Assembly: GCA_964016885.1 (NCBI GenBank)
Contig: OZ024746.1
Coordinates: forward strand, 19,840,001 to 19,904,000
DNA length: 64,000 bases
Direction: 5' to 3'
DNA from: Eledone cirrhosa
Lineage: Eukaryota
A model generated the notes under the pieces. That model worked only from the letters and a program-made list of their open reading frames with translations. It did not search any database and was not told where the DNA came from. Positions 11,963 through 24,449 of the stretch are shown here, piece by piece (positions within the stretch are counted from its first letter, which is position 1; the number at the start of each line of letters is the position of its first letter). The position numbers were made by a program, and so were the translations under genes.

Positions 11963-13117
11963 GTAATATATAATTTGTAAAAAATCTAATTTTGGCTCAA
12001 AAGCAATAAATCATTTTAAAGAATGTTTTTCTTTAGACATTAGATTAGGAAGAAGGACTTTGAATGCAGTTATTTTCACAGACATTTATGTTTTTCAGCA
12101 ATATGGCAATCATCCAGTTAGAGCAGTTTATTTGAATAACTAATATCTGAAAAAGCATAACTGTTAGAAATTCTGAATTTTCCTCTCCATTAAATATTGG
12201 GTTTCATGCCTTTATTTAAACATTATTATGCAACATAACTGCTCTGGTGTTAGGTAATGTGTTAGACAACTGAACACACCAACATCATTTAACATCTGTT
12301 TTCCATGCTAGCAAGGGTTGGATGGGTTGACACAGATCTTGTAAGTACTTAGAGTTACTAACCTCCCAGATAGACAGGAGGGTGGGGGTACACATCTCAT
12401 ATTTTCACACTTTACACAGTGTACAGGCATCCTATTTCAGAAACAATTGTCCATTGTGATTATGCTCGTGTTGACAATGAGAAAAATGAATATAAATTCT
12501 CAAAATAAAGAAAACACTTGTGAACAGTTAGAAGTAGAATAGTACAATGCTGAGAAGGAGTTTCTGGCAAATTGAATCTGTTACTAATTTTAACTTGAGC
12601 AGCTTAGCTTTTGTTGGAGTTGGAGCAGCTTAGCTTTTACTACTCATGCTCTTAGGAAAGGTGTAAATCTTACAACTTCCCATTGCCCTATCTCTTATGA
12701 GATTTTTTTCCATCTTCAATAGTATTGTCAATATAATCAAAACCTAGTACTTGTAGACTTGGTACTTGCTCAAGCTTGGAAGGATTTGAACCCAGGATGT
12801 AAAGTCTAAAAGTCTGTTTCTATGGTGTTAAGCAACTGAGAGTACAAGACTCCTCCCTGAGCAGGACGCCATTCCATCTCAGGATTACACCCCCAGCTAT
12901 TGCTGTTGCTCATTTTCAGCTAAATATACTGAGGCAATGTAGAATAAAGTGTTTTCGTTCAAGAACACCACACATAACTCAGTCCAGAAATCGAACCTAT
13001 GACATTATGATTGTAAGTCCAACCCATACCACTATGTCACATGCTTTCACTTCAGAATGTAAAAGAACCTAACTAAATGCTGTAAAGCATTTTGTATGCT
13101 TTTCAGCATTATTGCCA

Positions 13118-13587
13118 CTAGCAGAAAAACCACCCTTCAGGTGGTTTTCTGCTAGCCTGTGTAATATGCATATTGATATTATACGCAAGTATACATGCAT
13201 GTAGATATGATACATAAAATAAAATCGTAATTGACAATATCTACAGAAATTGAACAAAGACTGTTACATGTCTTATGTAATCAGTAACGTAATCCATGAT
13301 ACATTAAAAAAAGACAATATTATATATAAACTGCATTAGGAGAACATTAGTGACAGAAATATATGAATGTTTATTTAAACAATCGCTCACCGGAAGTGTT
13401 GACATTTGAAAATTTTAAATAAGTGAATCTTTAAATAAACAATAAAATATATTTAATCAACAGCTACAAAATTTATTAGATAAATTATGTAATATTCATT
13501 CATTATTTATTCAAAGTAATCCAACTTATTTTATTAATGGAATAAAAAAAATTATAAAGCGTACTCCTTATTTTATTATAGTTTAGA
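13118..13587 (-). mobile_element. Non-autonomous Helitron
   Basis: Minus strand begins TCTAAACTATAATAAA and ends in a hairpin plus CTAG; inserted between A and T; second copy at 58125-60378. Confidence 0.8.
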
Positions 13588-14313
13588 TTGTATATCATTG
13601 TGTCCATTTCTTTGAGATAGCTTTTGCAGATGTCTTGAAAATTGTATACATCTTTCAAATTGTCTTACAGTTTGCAAGATGTATACAAAAATTACATTTT
13701 TGCTCTGGATAAATCTGCCCCATTAGAGAATTGTCAATATTTTCTGAAGGCGTATACCATCTGTCACACAATTATTTTTCTTGGTTAAGTAGAAGAGAAT
13801 ATGCTTGATATCTGGGTTGAAATAAAGCGGCTTGCAGTTAAACTCTCAGTATACAGGTTGATTGACTCAACTTTGTTGGTTTGCCAAAAATGTTAAACAA
13901 TAAAAACGGAAAATCACATTTAAATGAATGCTAAAATATACAACATAAAGTAATGTTAAAGTACAGCAGTGGAGAATGCCTATTTGTGGTTTATGGAGGT
14001 GGTTAATTCAACATCATTTTAAAAAATTAAGTCTTGACATCTGGAACCAATTAATGACATAAGATGAGGTATACCTGTATATTAACAAAATATCTTTAAC
14101 AGTCAATAGGTCATTATAGAGAGTAAAGTGAACACAAGAAGTGTTGAGACGATGATCAAATAAATTCTAATTTTTTTCAATTAAGGTTAAAAAAAATTAC
14201 TATAGAAATATTTTGCATGAATGCTTTACATAGTGCATTTATTAAAAGGCTTAATGCTAGAAAAAACAATATTCTCTTTCAAAAACATAAGAATTATTTT
14301 AATTTATTTTCAG

Positions 14314-14412
14314 GTTTACTAATCAACTTCCATTCCACCATTCTTCAGTCACTACTTCCCCAATTATCTAGTTCACGTCTTGCTGTTCGAAAGAGGGCTA
14401 TTGTTGCTATCG
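14314..14412 (+). CDS. CAND1: CAND1 exon 6 (LLINFHSTILQSLLPQLSSSRLAVRKRAIVAI)
   Basis: tttcag / gtaaat; phase 1-1. Confidence 0.95.
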
Positions 14413-14566
14413 GTAAATATAACTTATAATTGTTTTGTTTGTCATTAGCATTTAGTTCTGAGAATTTTGAAATGTTTTGAATTTTAAGGTAGGAAAAAAA
14501 AATGTTTTCCTTAATTGTTAATTCCTATAACACTTTCTTATTTTCAATGGTTTCTTTTCACACTAG

Positions 14567-14693
14567 GTTATCTAGTCATGAGTTGCAACAATGAATTATA
14601 CCAGGAGTTAATAAACTTCTTATTAACTGAACTGGAGAGAAATGGTTCTACATCTACCACACGTACTTATATACAGGCTGTTGGGGCTATTAG
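14567..14693 (+). CDS. CAND1: CAND1 exon 7 (YLVMSCNNELYQE...TTRTYIQAVGAI)
   Basis: actag / gtaatg; phase 1-2. Confidence 0.95.
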
Positions 14694-15460
14694 GTAATGA
14701 ATGTTATGTCATTGGTTTACTAACATTAATTAGATTGCTTTTGTTATAAATTCTTCAGAGTATAAAATCAGTATTTCTTATTTTCGTTATTTCAATATGA
14801 TTATAATGCTGAGAAGGATACAAACATCCAAACTCTTGACCATGTTACAACAAAATTCTCTACAGCAAACCTCCCCATTAGCCATACCATGTCGGGCATC
14901 TTCAACTTGCAAGTCATGTTATGTCTGCTACAAAACTTTTACTATGGGAGCTCACTAATCTCCTGTTACTTATTTCCTGTGGTGAAATCAATACACCATG
15001 CTGACAGCATAAATGGACAAAATAATGTCATGTTGAAGGAATGCAATAAAAACCAGACTATTTAAATTGTAACTGATTGATTGTATTACTATTTTCTTTT
15101 TGTTTTTGTTTTGTTTTCCTTTTATTCTTTTCGGAATTAAGAAACTCTGTGCCCCCAAACTTTCTCCTTGGGATGCAAATTTCAAAAATCAAATCCGTTT
15201 TTCTCTAGGATGCATTGTTTTGGAGACTTTCAGCAGCATACATACATACAGACAGACACTCATACTCATACACTCAGACACACACTCATACACTTACTCA
15301 TGCACACACACATACACTCATACAGACAGACATAGAAATATATACATAGATTCTTTATAAGAAATTCATATCTTTGCCAGTGGTACCAAATTAATTAGAA
15401 AAGTTCTACTAATTGTTTAAATTAAATAACTATATCATTGATTGTATTTGCTTGCTGTAG

Positions 15461-15623
15461 CCGTCAATCTGGCCATAGATTTGGTGAATATCTTGATAAA
15501 ATGGTTCCTTTGGTTGTTGGCTTTTGTCGCGAGGAAGATGATGAATTACGAGAATATTGCTTACAAGCTTTTGAATCCTTTGTACGTCGCTGTCCCAAAG
15601 AAATCACTCCTTTTGTTGATCAG
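15461..15623 (+). CDS. CAND1: CAND1 exon 8 ([10 protein letters not shown]...[13 protein letters not shown])
   Basis: tgtag / gtaagt; phase 2-0. Confidence 0.95.
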
Positions 15624-16149
15624 GTAAGTGTTTATCTAAATGTTTTGTTGTTGTTTTTCTTTTTTCTTCAAATCATTTCAGCATTTTGTTCATAAGTTTC
15701 TGTCAATAATCTTGTTTATTTGAAATTAAGATGAAGTAGTGAATGTCTCTGGAGAATTTGAATTAACATGAAAGTAGTGAATGTCTTTGGACTTTTTTTT
15801 TTAGATAAGGAAGAAAAAGTGTAAATTATGTACTTGAAAAAGGAAGATGTTAAATTTCTCCAAAGTCATTAGCACATTGCTTTAACAAAGTAATTTGGCT
15901 CCCATGGAAAAATGGATATAAAACCATTTAGAGAAAGTTAAAGTCTAATCTTTAACTAAGAACCCAAACCAAACACATTTGCCAAACTTGCAGTCCAGGT
16001 TTGGAAATGTGTTGTTTGGCCAGGATTCTTAGTTAAAATGTTTTAAAATAAAATTATGGAAAAATATTCATGAAACTAAAACATTCCATGTATTTCCCTT
16101 GCAGTACATTGTCGTATATCAATATTGTTTTTATATTGTCTTATTACAG

Positions 16150-16256
16150 ATAACACCAATTTGTTTGAAGTACATATGTTATGACCCAAATTATAACTAT
16201 GATGAAGATGAGGATAATGAATCTATGGATATTGGACGTGAAGATGAGGATGAAGA
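16150..16256 (+). CDS. CAND1: CAND1 exon 9 (ITPICLKYICYDPNYNYDEDEDNESMDIGREDEDE)
   Basis: tacag / gtgagt; phase 0-2. Confidence 0.93.
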
Positions 16257-17001
16257 GTGAGTAAAATATTTTCTTATAGGTAGGCAGCAGGCATAGCCAT
16301 GTGGTTAAGCAGACAGACTGCTTTGCAAACATGTAGTCATTGGTTCTGTATGTATATATGTATGTATGTATGTAAGTGTGTGTGTGTGTGTGTGTATATA
16401 TATTGATGATGATAGATTTGTCATCATTTTACATCCATTTTCCAAGTTGGCATGGGTTGAACAATTTAGCATGGTTTCTTCAGCTGGATACTCTTCTTAA
16501 TGCCTACCACTGTACAGAATTCATTGGGTACATTTTATCATGACACCAATAAGGGTACTGGGTAAATTTTATCATTGCACAAGTATTACCAGTTACAGAA
16601 AAATGAAATTTATATTCCTGTCATGAAAAGGGACATGAAATTATGTCTTGATCAAGATCATGTCACCCGGTTGAAGAATTGAATCCATGATCTTATGATG
16701 TTATGATGATGAGCCCAGCACTCTAGCTACTAAGCCACTTGCCTTCATTTGAGTGTGTGTGTGTGTCTTGTGAAGCAAGAGCCATACCAATCCTATCATC
16801 ACTGCTCTGTGGACACCACAAGAAGGGTGAGATGAAAATTAAATTGTATGATGCATGTGTTATGTGGCAATAAAAATTGAGTTATAGAAACTCATTTTCA
16901 GAAGCTGAAAGAGGTTTACATGTGGATTTGAAAGTTAATTAATATGGTTTGAGAATTAACATGATTAATGTTGTGAGTATTCATTTATGATTTCATTGTA
17001 G

Positions 17002-17156
17002 AGATTCTGAAGATGAATATAGTGATGATGATGATATGAGCTGGAAAGTACGACGTGCTGCAGCAAAGTGTCTTGATGCCATTATTGGAACATGGCATGA
17101 AATGTTACCTGATTTTTATAAAAACCTTTCTGCTGCTCTGATTGCCAGATTCAAAG
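17002..17156 (+). CDS. CAND1: CAND1 exon 10 ([26 protein letters not shown]...ALIARFK)
   Basis: tgtag / gtacca; phase 2-1; hallmark [13 protein letters not shown] motif. Confidence 0.95.
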
Positions 17157-17872
17157 GTACCAGTAATTAACCATATGTTTTATTAAATTAAATGACTGGA
17201 GGCAAAAATGGCTTCTCTCAACTTAGTGTTTAATTTTCTTTATCAAAATTCTGAGTTCTGATAATTGTTTTGCTCTTTTTTTTTTTATTTTCATTCATCC
17301 TGGGTTAATAAGATAATATGCCTATATTAAACCCTAATATAACTGAAGGGTTAGAGAGTTGGATTCACAATCGTGAAGTTATGAGTTCAATTCCCGGGCT
17401 GGGTGATCGTTGTGTCCTTGAGCAAGACACTTTATTTCACCTTGTAACCGGTAGAAAGACCAATGGAAACATTGTTTTCTTGGACTGATCTGGCAGGTTC
17501 CACCTCACTTGGTAAGTGAATAAGGTCTGGGATCTTGTCAATCTGATTTTAAAAAAAGAATTAAGCTAATATTCACTTTATTATATCTTTCCACTAAAAA
17601 TGGTCATGGTTCCTAATCCAAAGAAATTAAATTTTATAATTTTAAATTGTCTAGTAAGATCGTTGATCTAAATTGATTGTTTTGACATTTTGTTTTCACT
17701 TTTGTATTAAAACAGTAGCAATTTTACTCAGTTGAAATTTTATTACATTTTCTAAAGTATGAACTCTTTAAATTATATAATTAGAAGTCTCAAAATAGCA
17801 AAATTTGTATATTATTTATCTAGTTATCTATATTGTGTTTCTCTGTTATGCCTTCATTGCAGTATAGAATTT

Positions 17873-17876
<4 letters not shown>

Positions 17877-17929
<53 letters not shown>

Positions 17930-18106
17930 TAGAACACTGGAAGGTAATATCCGTAGTGGTAGAGCACTCAGTCCATGGGACGAGTTAAGTCGAAGTGGTT
18001 ACACAACAGTTAGTTCACCATACCGAGAACAATTGTTTCACCTTAGCGGATCCGCTAAGGTGAAACAATTGTTCTCGGTATGGTGAACTAACTGCTGTGT
18101 AACCAC

Positions 18107-18137
<31 letters not shown>
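17877..18137. repeat. (TA)n - 183-bp insert containing a 118-bp palindrome - (TA)n
   Basis: Arms 17992-18050 and 18051-18109 are reverse complements with one mismatch. Confidence 0.9.
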
Positions 18138-18150
18138 ATGGTGTTTGGAT

Positions 18151-18360
18151 GATTTGAAATGTTGAAATCCAAACACAGATTTGCTGCAATGAGAATAACA
18201 TTAAGGGTAGCACACTTGGCCGGAATTCAAGCGATACAGAGCTTGAGACACTGTAGTAGCTGCTAACCTCTTATTTTCTGTCTCTAAGGTTATTTGACCA
18301 GTTTTTCTAATGTTGTTATCATTGCAGCAAATCTGTGTTTGGATTTTAACATTTCAAATT
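18151..18360. repeat. ~53-bp inverted repeat with ~100-bp spacer (MITE-like)
   Basis: 18151-18203 pairs with 18308-18360 with about 4 mismatches. Confidence 0.8.
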
Positions 18361-18403
18361 ACTCACACAAGTCAATTTTTTTTCTTTTCTTTTTATTGTT
18401 CAG

Positions 18404-18512
18404 AAAGGGAAGAAAACGTGAAAGCTGATATTTTTCATGCTTACATCACATTACTTCGTCAGACCAAACCTGTTGTCTCATCTGGGCCAGATTCCATGGA
18501 CCATGAAGAAGG
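18404..18512 (+). CDS. CAND1: CAND1 exon 11 (REENVKADIFHAYITLLRQTKPVVSSGPDSMDHEE)
   Basis: ttcag / gtaagt; phase 1-2. Confidence 0.95.
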
Positions 18513-19157
18513 GTAAGTACTAAATGTACCTTAAAATAAATAACACATTTGAAGCCTTCTATTTTGCATATTACTGGAGCATGTGGTTTTGTTACAATTA
18601 GATTTTTCTTCTGGCTACTAAACCACCCAAGTGAGAAGTAACAGTAGTAATTAATTAAATTGTTGCAACTAGAGAAAAGTCTCTTATTTACAAAATGCAA
18701 TGACTGGTAACCAGAGAATTTAGTTTATTTAGAATTATAACTGTTTGAAAAATATATTGTGGTCTCCATTGCATGCTGTAAATACTGGTGATGGACCTGC
18801 AACCTGTCCTAGGAGGTGTGGGATGGATGCACAAAGATTGTGTCCTGAGACCCCAAAGACAAAAAAAAAAAAATTGTTTGAGGACTCTGCTCCCATGAAC
18901 CTCCCAGGAATAAGTGGGCAAAAAAGAAAAATTACAACTCGTATAGTCAGTAATAATACATTGTTGACCATCTCAACCACTGTATTTGGATCATGTATAT
19001 ATGAATATCTTATGAGAAATATTATATTAAAACATCAATACTACTAGACACAGCTCATTCTCTTCAAGGCCACTTCAATGATCTGCTTCCTCACAGTGTT
19101 ATTTTAAAATTTTATATTGATTTCAATATTTCCATTTTTTTATATAATTTCTTTCAG

Positions 19158-19343
19158 TCCTGTTGCTATGTTACAAGCCCAGGTTCCCAGCATTGTAAAA
19201 GCAATTCACAAACAGATGAAAGAAAAAAGTGTGAAAACACGCCAGGGATGTATTGGTTTGTTGATGGAGTTAGTACAGGTGTTGCCAGGTGCTTTGACTA
19301 ATCATATGCTGGCACTTATTCCTGGTATATTGTATTCCTTCAG
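19158..19343 (+). CDS. CAND1: CAND1 exon 12 (PVAMLQAQVPSIVKAIHKQMKEKSVKTRQ...PGILYSF)
   Basis: ttcag / gtgact; phase 2-2. Confidence 0.95.
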
Positions 19344-19519
19344 GTGACTACACATTTATTTTTTTTTACTCAGATTTTATTACTTTTCTTTTAATTAGTA
19401 ATAAGAATATCAGTGAAATAATTTTTTTCCAATTCAAAGAAGTAGTTGGTAGCTTAGGCTATATACTCGAATATAAGCCAACCCCACTATTTTATACGGT
19501 AAGTGCCCGAATTAGTAGT

Positions 19520-20060
19520 GGAGGAGGGTGCTCTGAAAGTATAATAGCCAGAATAAGAATGGGGTGTAAACAATTCAGGGAGCTATTACATCAGCCAGCA
19601 ACAAAGTGATTATATCTACAAATGAAGGTTAGATTATATGATGCTTGCACATGAAGTGCGTAGTAGTGAGACATGGTCATTGAATGTACAGGATGTGTGA
19701 AGGTTGGAAAGAATTAGGCTAGCATGCTCTGCTTGATGTGTAATGTTAGTGTGTATGGACGACAAAGTGCAGATTAGTTGAAGAAAAACTGCACATGAGA
19801 GTTATCAGTGTGCAAGAGAGAAGATTGTGCTAGTACTGACATGTGATGTGTATGGATGATGATCATTGAGTGAAGAAAGGCCAGGAGGTCAAAGAAGGCA
19901 GTAACTATAGAAGAGGAAGAACTTCCCCACAGAAACCTGGGCAGATGTGAGAGCTGACCACAAAACATTCAACCTCACAGCGTAAGTGGCAGAAGAATAC
20001 TACAATTAGAGGCAAGCTGTGCTGGGGGAGACTTGTCTAAGCCATGCAAGCATGAAAAAA
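19520..20060 (+). mobile_element. Degraded RTE LINE 3' fragment
   Basis: Nucleotide similarity to 9170-9700 (agtagtggaggagggtgctctgaaagt...). Confidence 0.65.
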
Positions 20061-20251
20061 ATGCAGTACAACATTATAATCAAGATTTTATTATTTTTTT
20101 CTGCCTTTAAATTATCTGAACTACTTTATTAATGTTTTCTATGATATTACTTTTGTCTTAAATAGTTTTTATTATTAACTTTTTAGTGTATTTTATTTTC
20201 ATTGTTTTCTCTTCTTTTTTTTTTTGTCTATTTCTAATACCCATCTGCCAG

Positions 20252-20363
20252 TGATCGAAGTTTTAGTTCCAATATGAAAATAGACACTCTTGCATTTCTG
20301 AACAGTTTAATGGTCAACCACAGTCCAGTTGTTTTTCACCCTCACATTGCAGTTCTTATACCA
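20252..20363 (+). CDS. CAND1: CAND1 exon 13 (DRSFSSNMKIDTLAFLNSLMVNHSPVVFHPHIAVLIP)
   Basis: gccag / gtgagt; phase 2-0. Confidence 0.93.
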
Positions 20364-20586
20364 GTGAGTAATAAATACAATATTTAATATATTAAGATTA
20401 ATAAATATTTATTTAAACTAATACCAACACAATAGAACAAAGGTTGTATCTTATTAACTTTCTATATTATTGTATCTTTTGAAATTTTAGATATAGAATT
20501 AAACTTATGGGCTGTAGTGGATTTAAGATAAGGTCAATTAGTGCCATTGTATTTTTATATTTTATTCTAATATTTGGCAGTAAAAG

Positions 20587-20802
20587 GGCAGTGGATTGGC
20601 AGTATTGGTAGAGCATCGGGCAACATGCTTTATGGCATAGGGTTACGCCCCTTTACGATCTGAGTTCAAATCCTGCCACGGTTAGCTTTGCCTTTCATCC
20701 TTCCGAGGTCGATAAAATAAAATTCCAGTATTGCACTGGGGTCGATTTAAACGACTTTTCCCCTCACACAAAATTGTTGGCTTTGTGCCTACATCTGAAA
20801 CC
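20587..20802 (+). mobile_element. Full-length tRNA-related SINE with 18-bp TSD
   Basis: TSD aatatttggcagtaaaag at 20569-20586 and 20803-20820; A-box-like tggcagtattgg, B-box gagttcaaatc; core tttgcctttcatcc..ggtcgataaaataaa. Other copies near 4485, 28830, 29920, 30105, 40090, 47345, 56615, 60960, 61615. Confidence 0.85.
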
Positions 20803-21399
20803 AATATTTGGCAGTAAAAGAAATTATCAGTTTTCAAAGAATGCTTTCTGTTTTAGATATATTTGTTTTCTGAAACATTATTATTACTCAAGTTTGCCAT
20901 ATAGTTTTACACTTGGTTATTCTTACTGAGAAGTAGAGATCTCTACAGTTCACACTCTCGTCTTTCTGACATCATAAGGTGTAAGAGGCTCGCATTAGCC
21001 GGACATGCAAAATGTCACAATGACCTGCCGGCAGTGTTTATTTCTGGGAATCTGATGTGTGCAGTCGAGTTGGGGGTTCAACCATCACACTAAAGGATGC
21101 ATTTGAAGATGACACCTGGCTGGAGGCAGGGGAAATTCAGAGGGCAATGTTGGATGGTGAGCTGGAGAAGAAACTTTGTCTTGGTATGGCTAACGGATGT
21201 ATAGAAGATGAGATCTCTGTATATTAGTTTAATTTCTCATACCTTTTAAGTGATTATAGTAAACAAACCAGACTAATAGTAGCTAACTATCTGGTAGTTG
21301 TTTGTTTATTTACTGCTGGTCGATGGAATGTCTATTGATTTTCTATCTTATTGTAATATCTGTTATGTTACTAAGCAAATAGTTACACATAATTCATTA

Positions 21400-21975
21400 C
21401 GTCCCTTTGTGTTCTGAGTTCAAATCCTACCGAGATTGGCTTCGCCTTTCATCCTTACGGGGTCGATAAAATAAAGTACCAGTAATGCACTAGTCGATTT
21501 AATTGACATTCCCCTCCCTCCCTCCAGAATTGTTAGCCTTGTACCTAAATCAGAAGCCAGGATTGGCAGTATTGGTAGAGGGTCGGACGCCATGCTTTGA
21601 CGCATAGAGTTACAGCCCTTGCCATTCTGAGTTCAAATCCCGCCGAGGTTAACTTTGCCTTTCATCCTTACGGGGTCGATAAAATAAAGTACCAGTAATA
21701 TACTGGGTAATTGCTGGCCTTGTGCCAAAAAGTAGAAACAATTATTATTATATAAGGTTAGTGGATTAGCAGAATCAGTTGAGCATTGGACAACATGCTT
21801 TTGCAGCTTATAGTTGCGTCCCTTTACGTTCTGAATTCAAATCACACTGAAGTTAGCTTTGCTTTTCATCCTTACGGGATCAATAAAATAAAATACTAGT
21901 AACACACTACGGTCAATTTAATCGACTTTCCCCTCCCCCAAATTGTTAGTCTTGCTGGTAAATCAGAAACCATTA
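21400..21975 (+). mobile_element. Three tandem copies of the same SINE family
   Basis: Three gttcaaat..ttgcctttcatccttacggg..ataaaataaa units. Confidence 0.8.
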
Positions 21976-22110
21976 ATTGACCATAATAAATTTTACTTAT
22001 AGTACCTTTTTGATGTGTAACTATTTGCATAGCTAACATAGTAAATATATCTGACTGACATTTATTGTTAAATTGTTTAAATTACATGATTTTTAAAATT
22101 TTAATTTCAG

Positions 22111-22204
22111 CCAATCATTGCAGCAGTAAATGACACCTTTTACAAAATCACATCTGAAGCCTTGTTGGTTATGCAACAATTGGTTAAAGTTATAAGGCCT
22201 TTAG
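22111..22204 (+). CDS. CAND1: CAND1 exon 14 (PIIAAVNDTFYKITSEALLVMQQLVKVIRPL)
   Basis: ttcag / gtaagt; phase 0-1. Confidence 0.95.
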
Positions 22205-22564
22205 GTAAGTTACTTTTTGTTGTTTCTTATGCATATAGCACAACTTTATATATATATATACTTTTTGTAACCTCATCTTACAGTCCATTTGTATTTAGCC
22301 CTTTATCTTTTTTAATGTTATATATACAGAGAGAGAGAGTCAGTCTGCCAATAAAATGTATAGACTTTGGGAAAAGAACATTTTGTATAAATTTTTTAAT
22401 ACTAATTTACTATAATATATAGTGTTATAATTTGATGAAACCTTTGAAAGAGGTACTTATATTTATATAGTTTTTTTTAAACAAGTTAAATATTTATATG
22501 TTTTTCTTTTCCTGAAGTTTGTATCCATTTGTTTTTTTTTTTTTTGGCAAACTTTGTATGTATA

Positions 22565-22613
<49 letters not shown>

Positions 22614-22696
22614 TTTTTTCTGTTGTTCTTGAAATTGATAAATTGTATTGGATGGATATGTATTTAACATTGCTACTTTAACCTTGATTGATCCAG

Positions 22697-22814
22697 ATGT
22701 CCCATGTAGTTTCAATTTTGAACCCTACGTGAAAGATTTATATGGTTGTGTGCTGTGTCGTTTGAAAGCTGCAGACATTGATCAAGAAGTAAAGGAACGA
22801 GCCATTACTTGCAT
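22697..22814 (+). CDS. CAND1: CAND1 exon 15 (VPCSFNFEPYVKDLY...LKAADIDQEVKERAITC)
   Basis: tccag / gtaagt; phase 1-2. Confidence 0.93.
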
Positions 22815-23520
22815 GTAAGTACATTGGATTCATTTCTTTATTATATTTTATTTTGTGAAGGTGCAGGGTCTAATTAGTTGTATCAAGGACATGACAACCT
22901 CCCCAAGGCTGGTGATCTACACAATAAAAGCACCCAGTAGATGCTGTAAACTTGTTGGTGTTAGAAAGGGCAGCCAGCTGTAAAAAGCTTGTCAAATAAG
23001 GGGTTGAGAGGGCCTTTCAGTTTGTGTCAAAAGACACGACAACCTCTCCTCTGCACTCAATATGACTATATATAAGCAGGATACAGACTCCCTTGGTCTA
23101 TTTGGGAGGTCGATAGCTCCACTTCAATACTGACTTGATCTATACAGACCTGTTCAAAACTTGCTAGCAGAGAAAGTGGACATTAAATGATAATGATGGA
23201 CTCATAATCAAAAGGTCAGTGGTTCAATTCCTGGATTAGACAGCACATTGTGTTTTTGAACAAGACACTTCATTTCATGTTAGAATTGAGGTTCCTATCA
23301 TAGGTGTGAGCTGTAAATCTCATTTTTTTCATTGTTTAGTGGTTTAGCTCAATTATTTATTTTGTTACTATTTGTACTATCTTTTCTATTTTTATCTAAG
23401 TTGTTCATATTTCTCTCTGTCAGTAGAAATATCGGAAATGATAATTAGTATGTATTATGCATCTTTAACGTATGTAAGAGAGAGAGGTATTAAAATTTGA
23501 TTTCTTCTATATTTATCCAG

Positions 23521-23652
23521 GGGTCAAATCATTCGTAATCTTGGCGACAGTTTAAAAGAAGAATTGAAAACTTGTTTGCCAATCCTGTTAGAACGTCTTA
23601 AAAATGAAATAACACGATTGACTGCTGTCAATGCATTAACAATGATTGCTGG
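23521..23652 (+). CDS. CAND1: CAND1 exon 16 (GQIIRNLGDSL...LERLKNEITRLTAVNALTMIA)
   Basis: tccag / gtaagc; phase 2-2. Confidence 0.95.
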
Positions 23653-24449
23653 GTAAGCTTTGCTTTATAGAATCTTTAAGTTGATATTCTGAACAATAAA
23701 AAAAAAATGTGCTGGAGTGGGCTAAATCTATTTCTGTTGTACTGTGAGCACTTAAGATGTAATTTGTCTTATTTTATTTGAAATAATTGCTATAGCTTTA
23801 GGAGGAGAAAAGAAACGACAGTTCTGATGTGTGATTGAGCTTGACAAAAAAGGATGTTGTGAGTAAAAGATGAGAAGTTGGAAGAGATATGTAAGAACAG
23901 GTAGCAAGAAGGATAAAAAAAGTTGGGGGTGATATGTTTAGCATAAATGAGCTTTTATTTCCTTCCTCGTATCATCTTGAACAATTGCAGGCAATACTGT
24001 GGAATCTTGAAGGGAGCTGTGTTAAGGATAACAAAGTAAATATGAAAATCACTAAAAGGAATCAATAATTAGTAGTGATAGAATAGAAAAAAAAAGAGTG
24101 TTGGAAGGAATCATTTAGATATTACAGTATATACTTGAATATAAGCTAATCCCCTATTTTATGTCTGAGAAATGGGCAAAATTCTTAACTATGTTTATAA
24201 GCTGAAGCAGCTAATCACATTATGATGCAGTTTTGAAATTCTCATGAGTGGAGAAAATATTTACAAAGTTTTAATCTTTTGATATTTAAAATGTTTTAAA
24301 TGTCATTGAGATAGTGAGAGAAGGGAGAGAGAGAGAGCAAACGAAATGAAATAAAGCAAGATTGAAAGGAAAAGTATGTCACAGAGAAAAACAGTCGCTG
24401 CACATATGTGTATGTGAGTGCATGCATACATAGGGGATATTTATGTGCA

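Noticed and set aside
20587-20680. tRNA genes from A/B-box matches
   Set aside because: No cloverleaf; the boxes belong to multi-copy SINE heads, one with a clear TSD
22674-22696. U12-type intron suggested by the ctttaac branch-like motif and weak pyrimidine tract
   Set aside because: The matching donor at 22205 is GTAAGT (U2); no intron in the gene has a GTATCCT or ATATCCT donor
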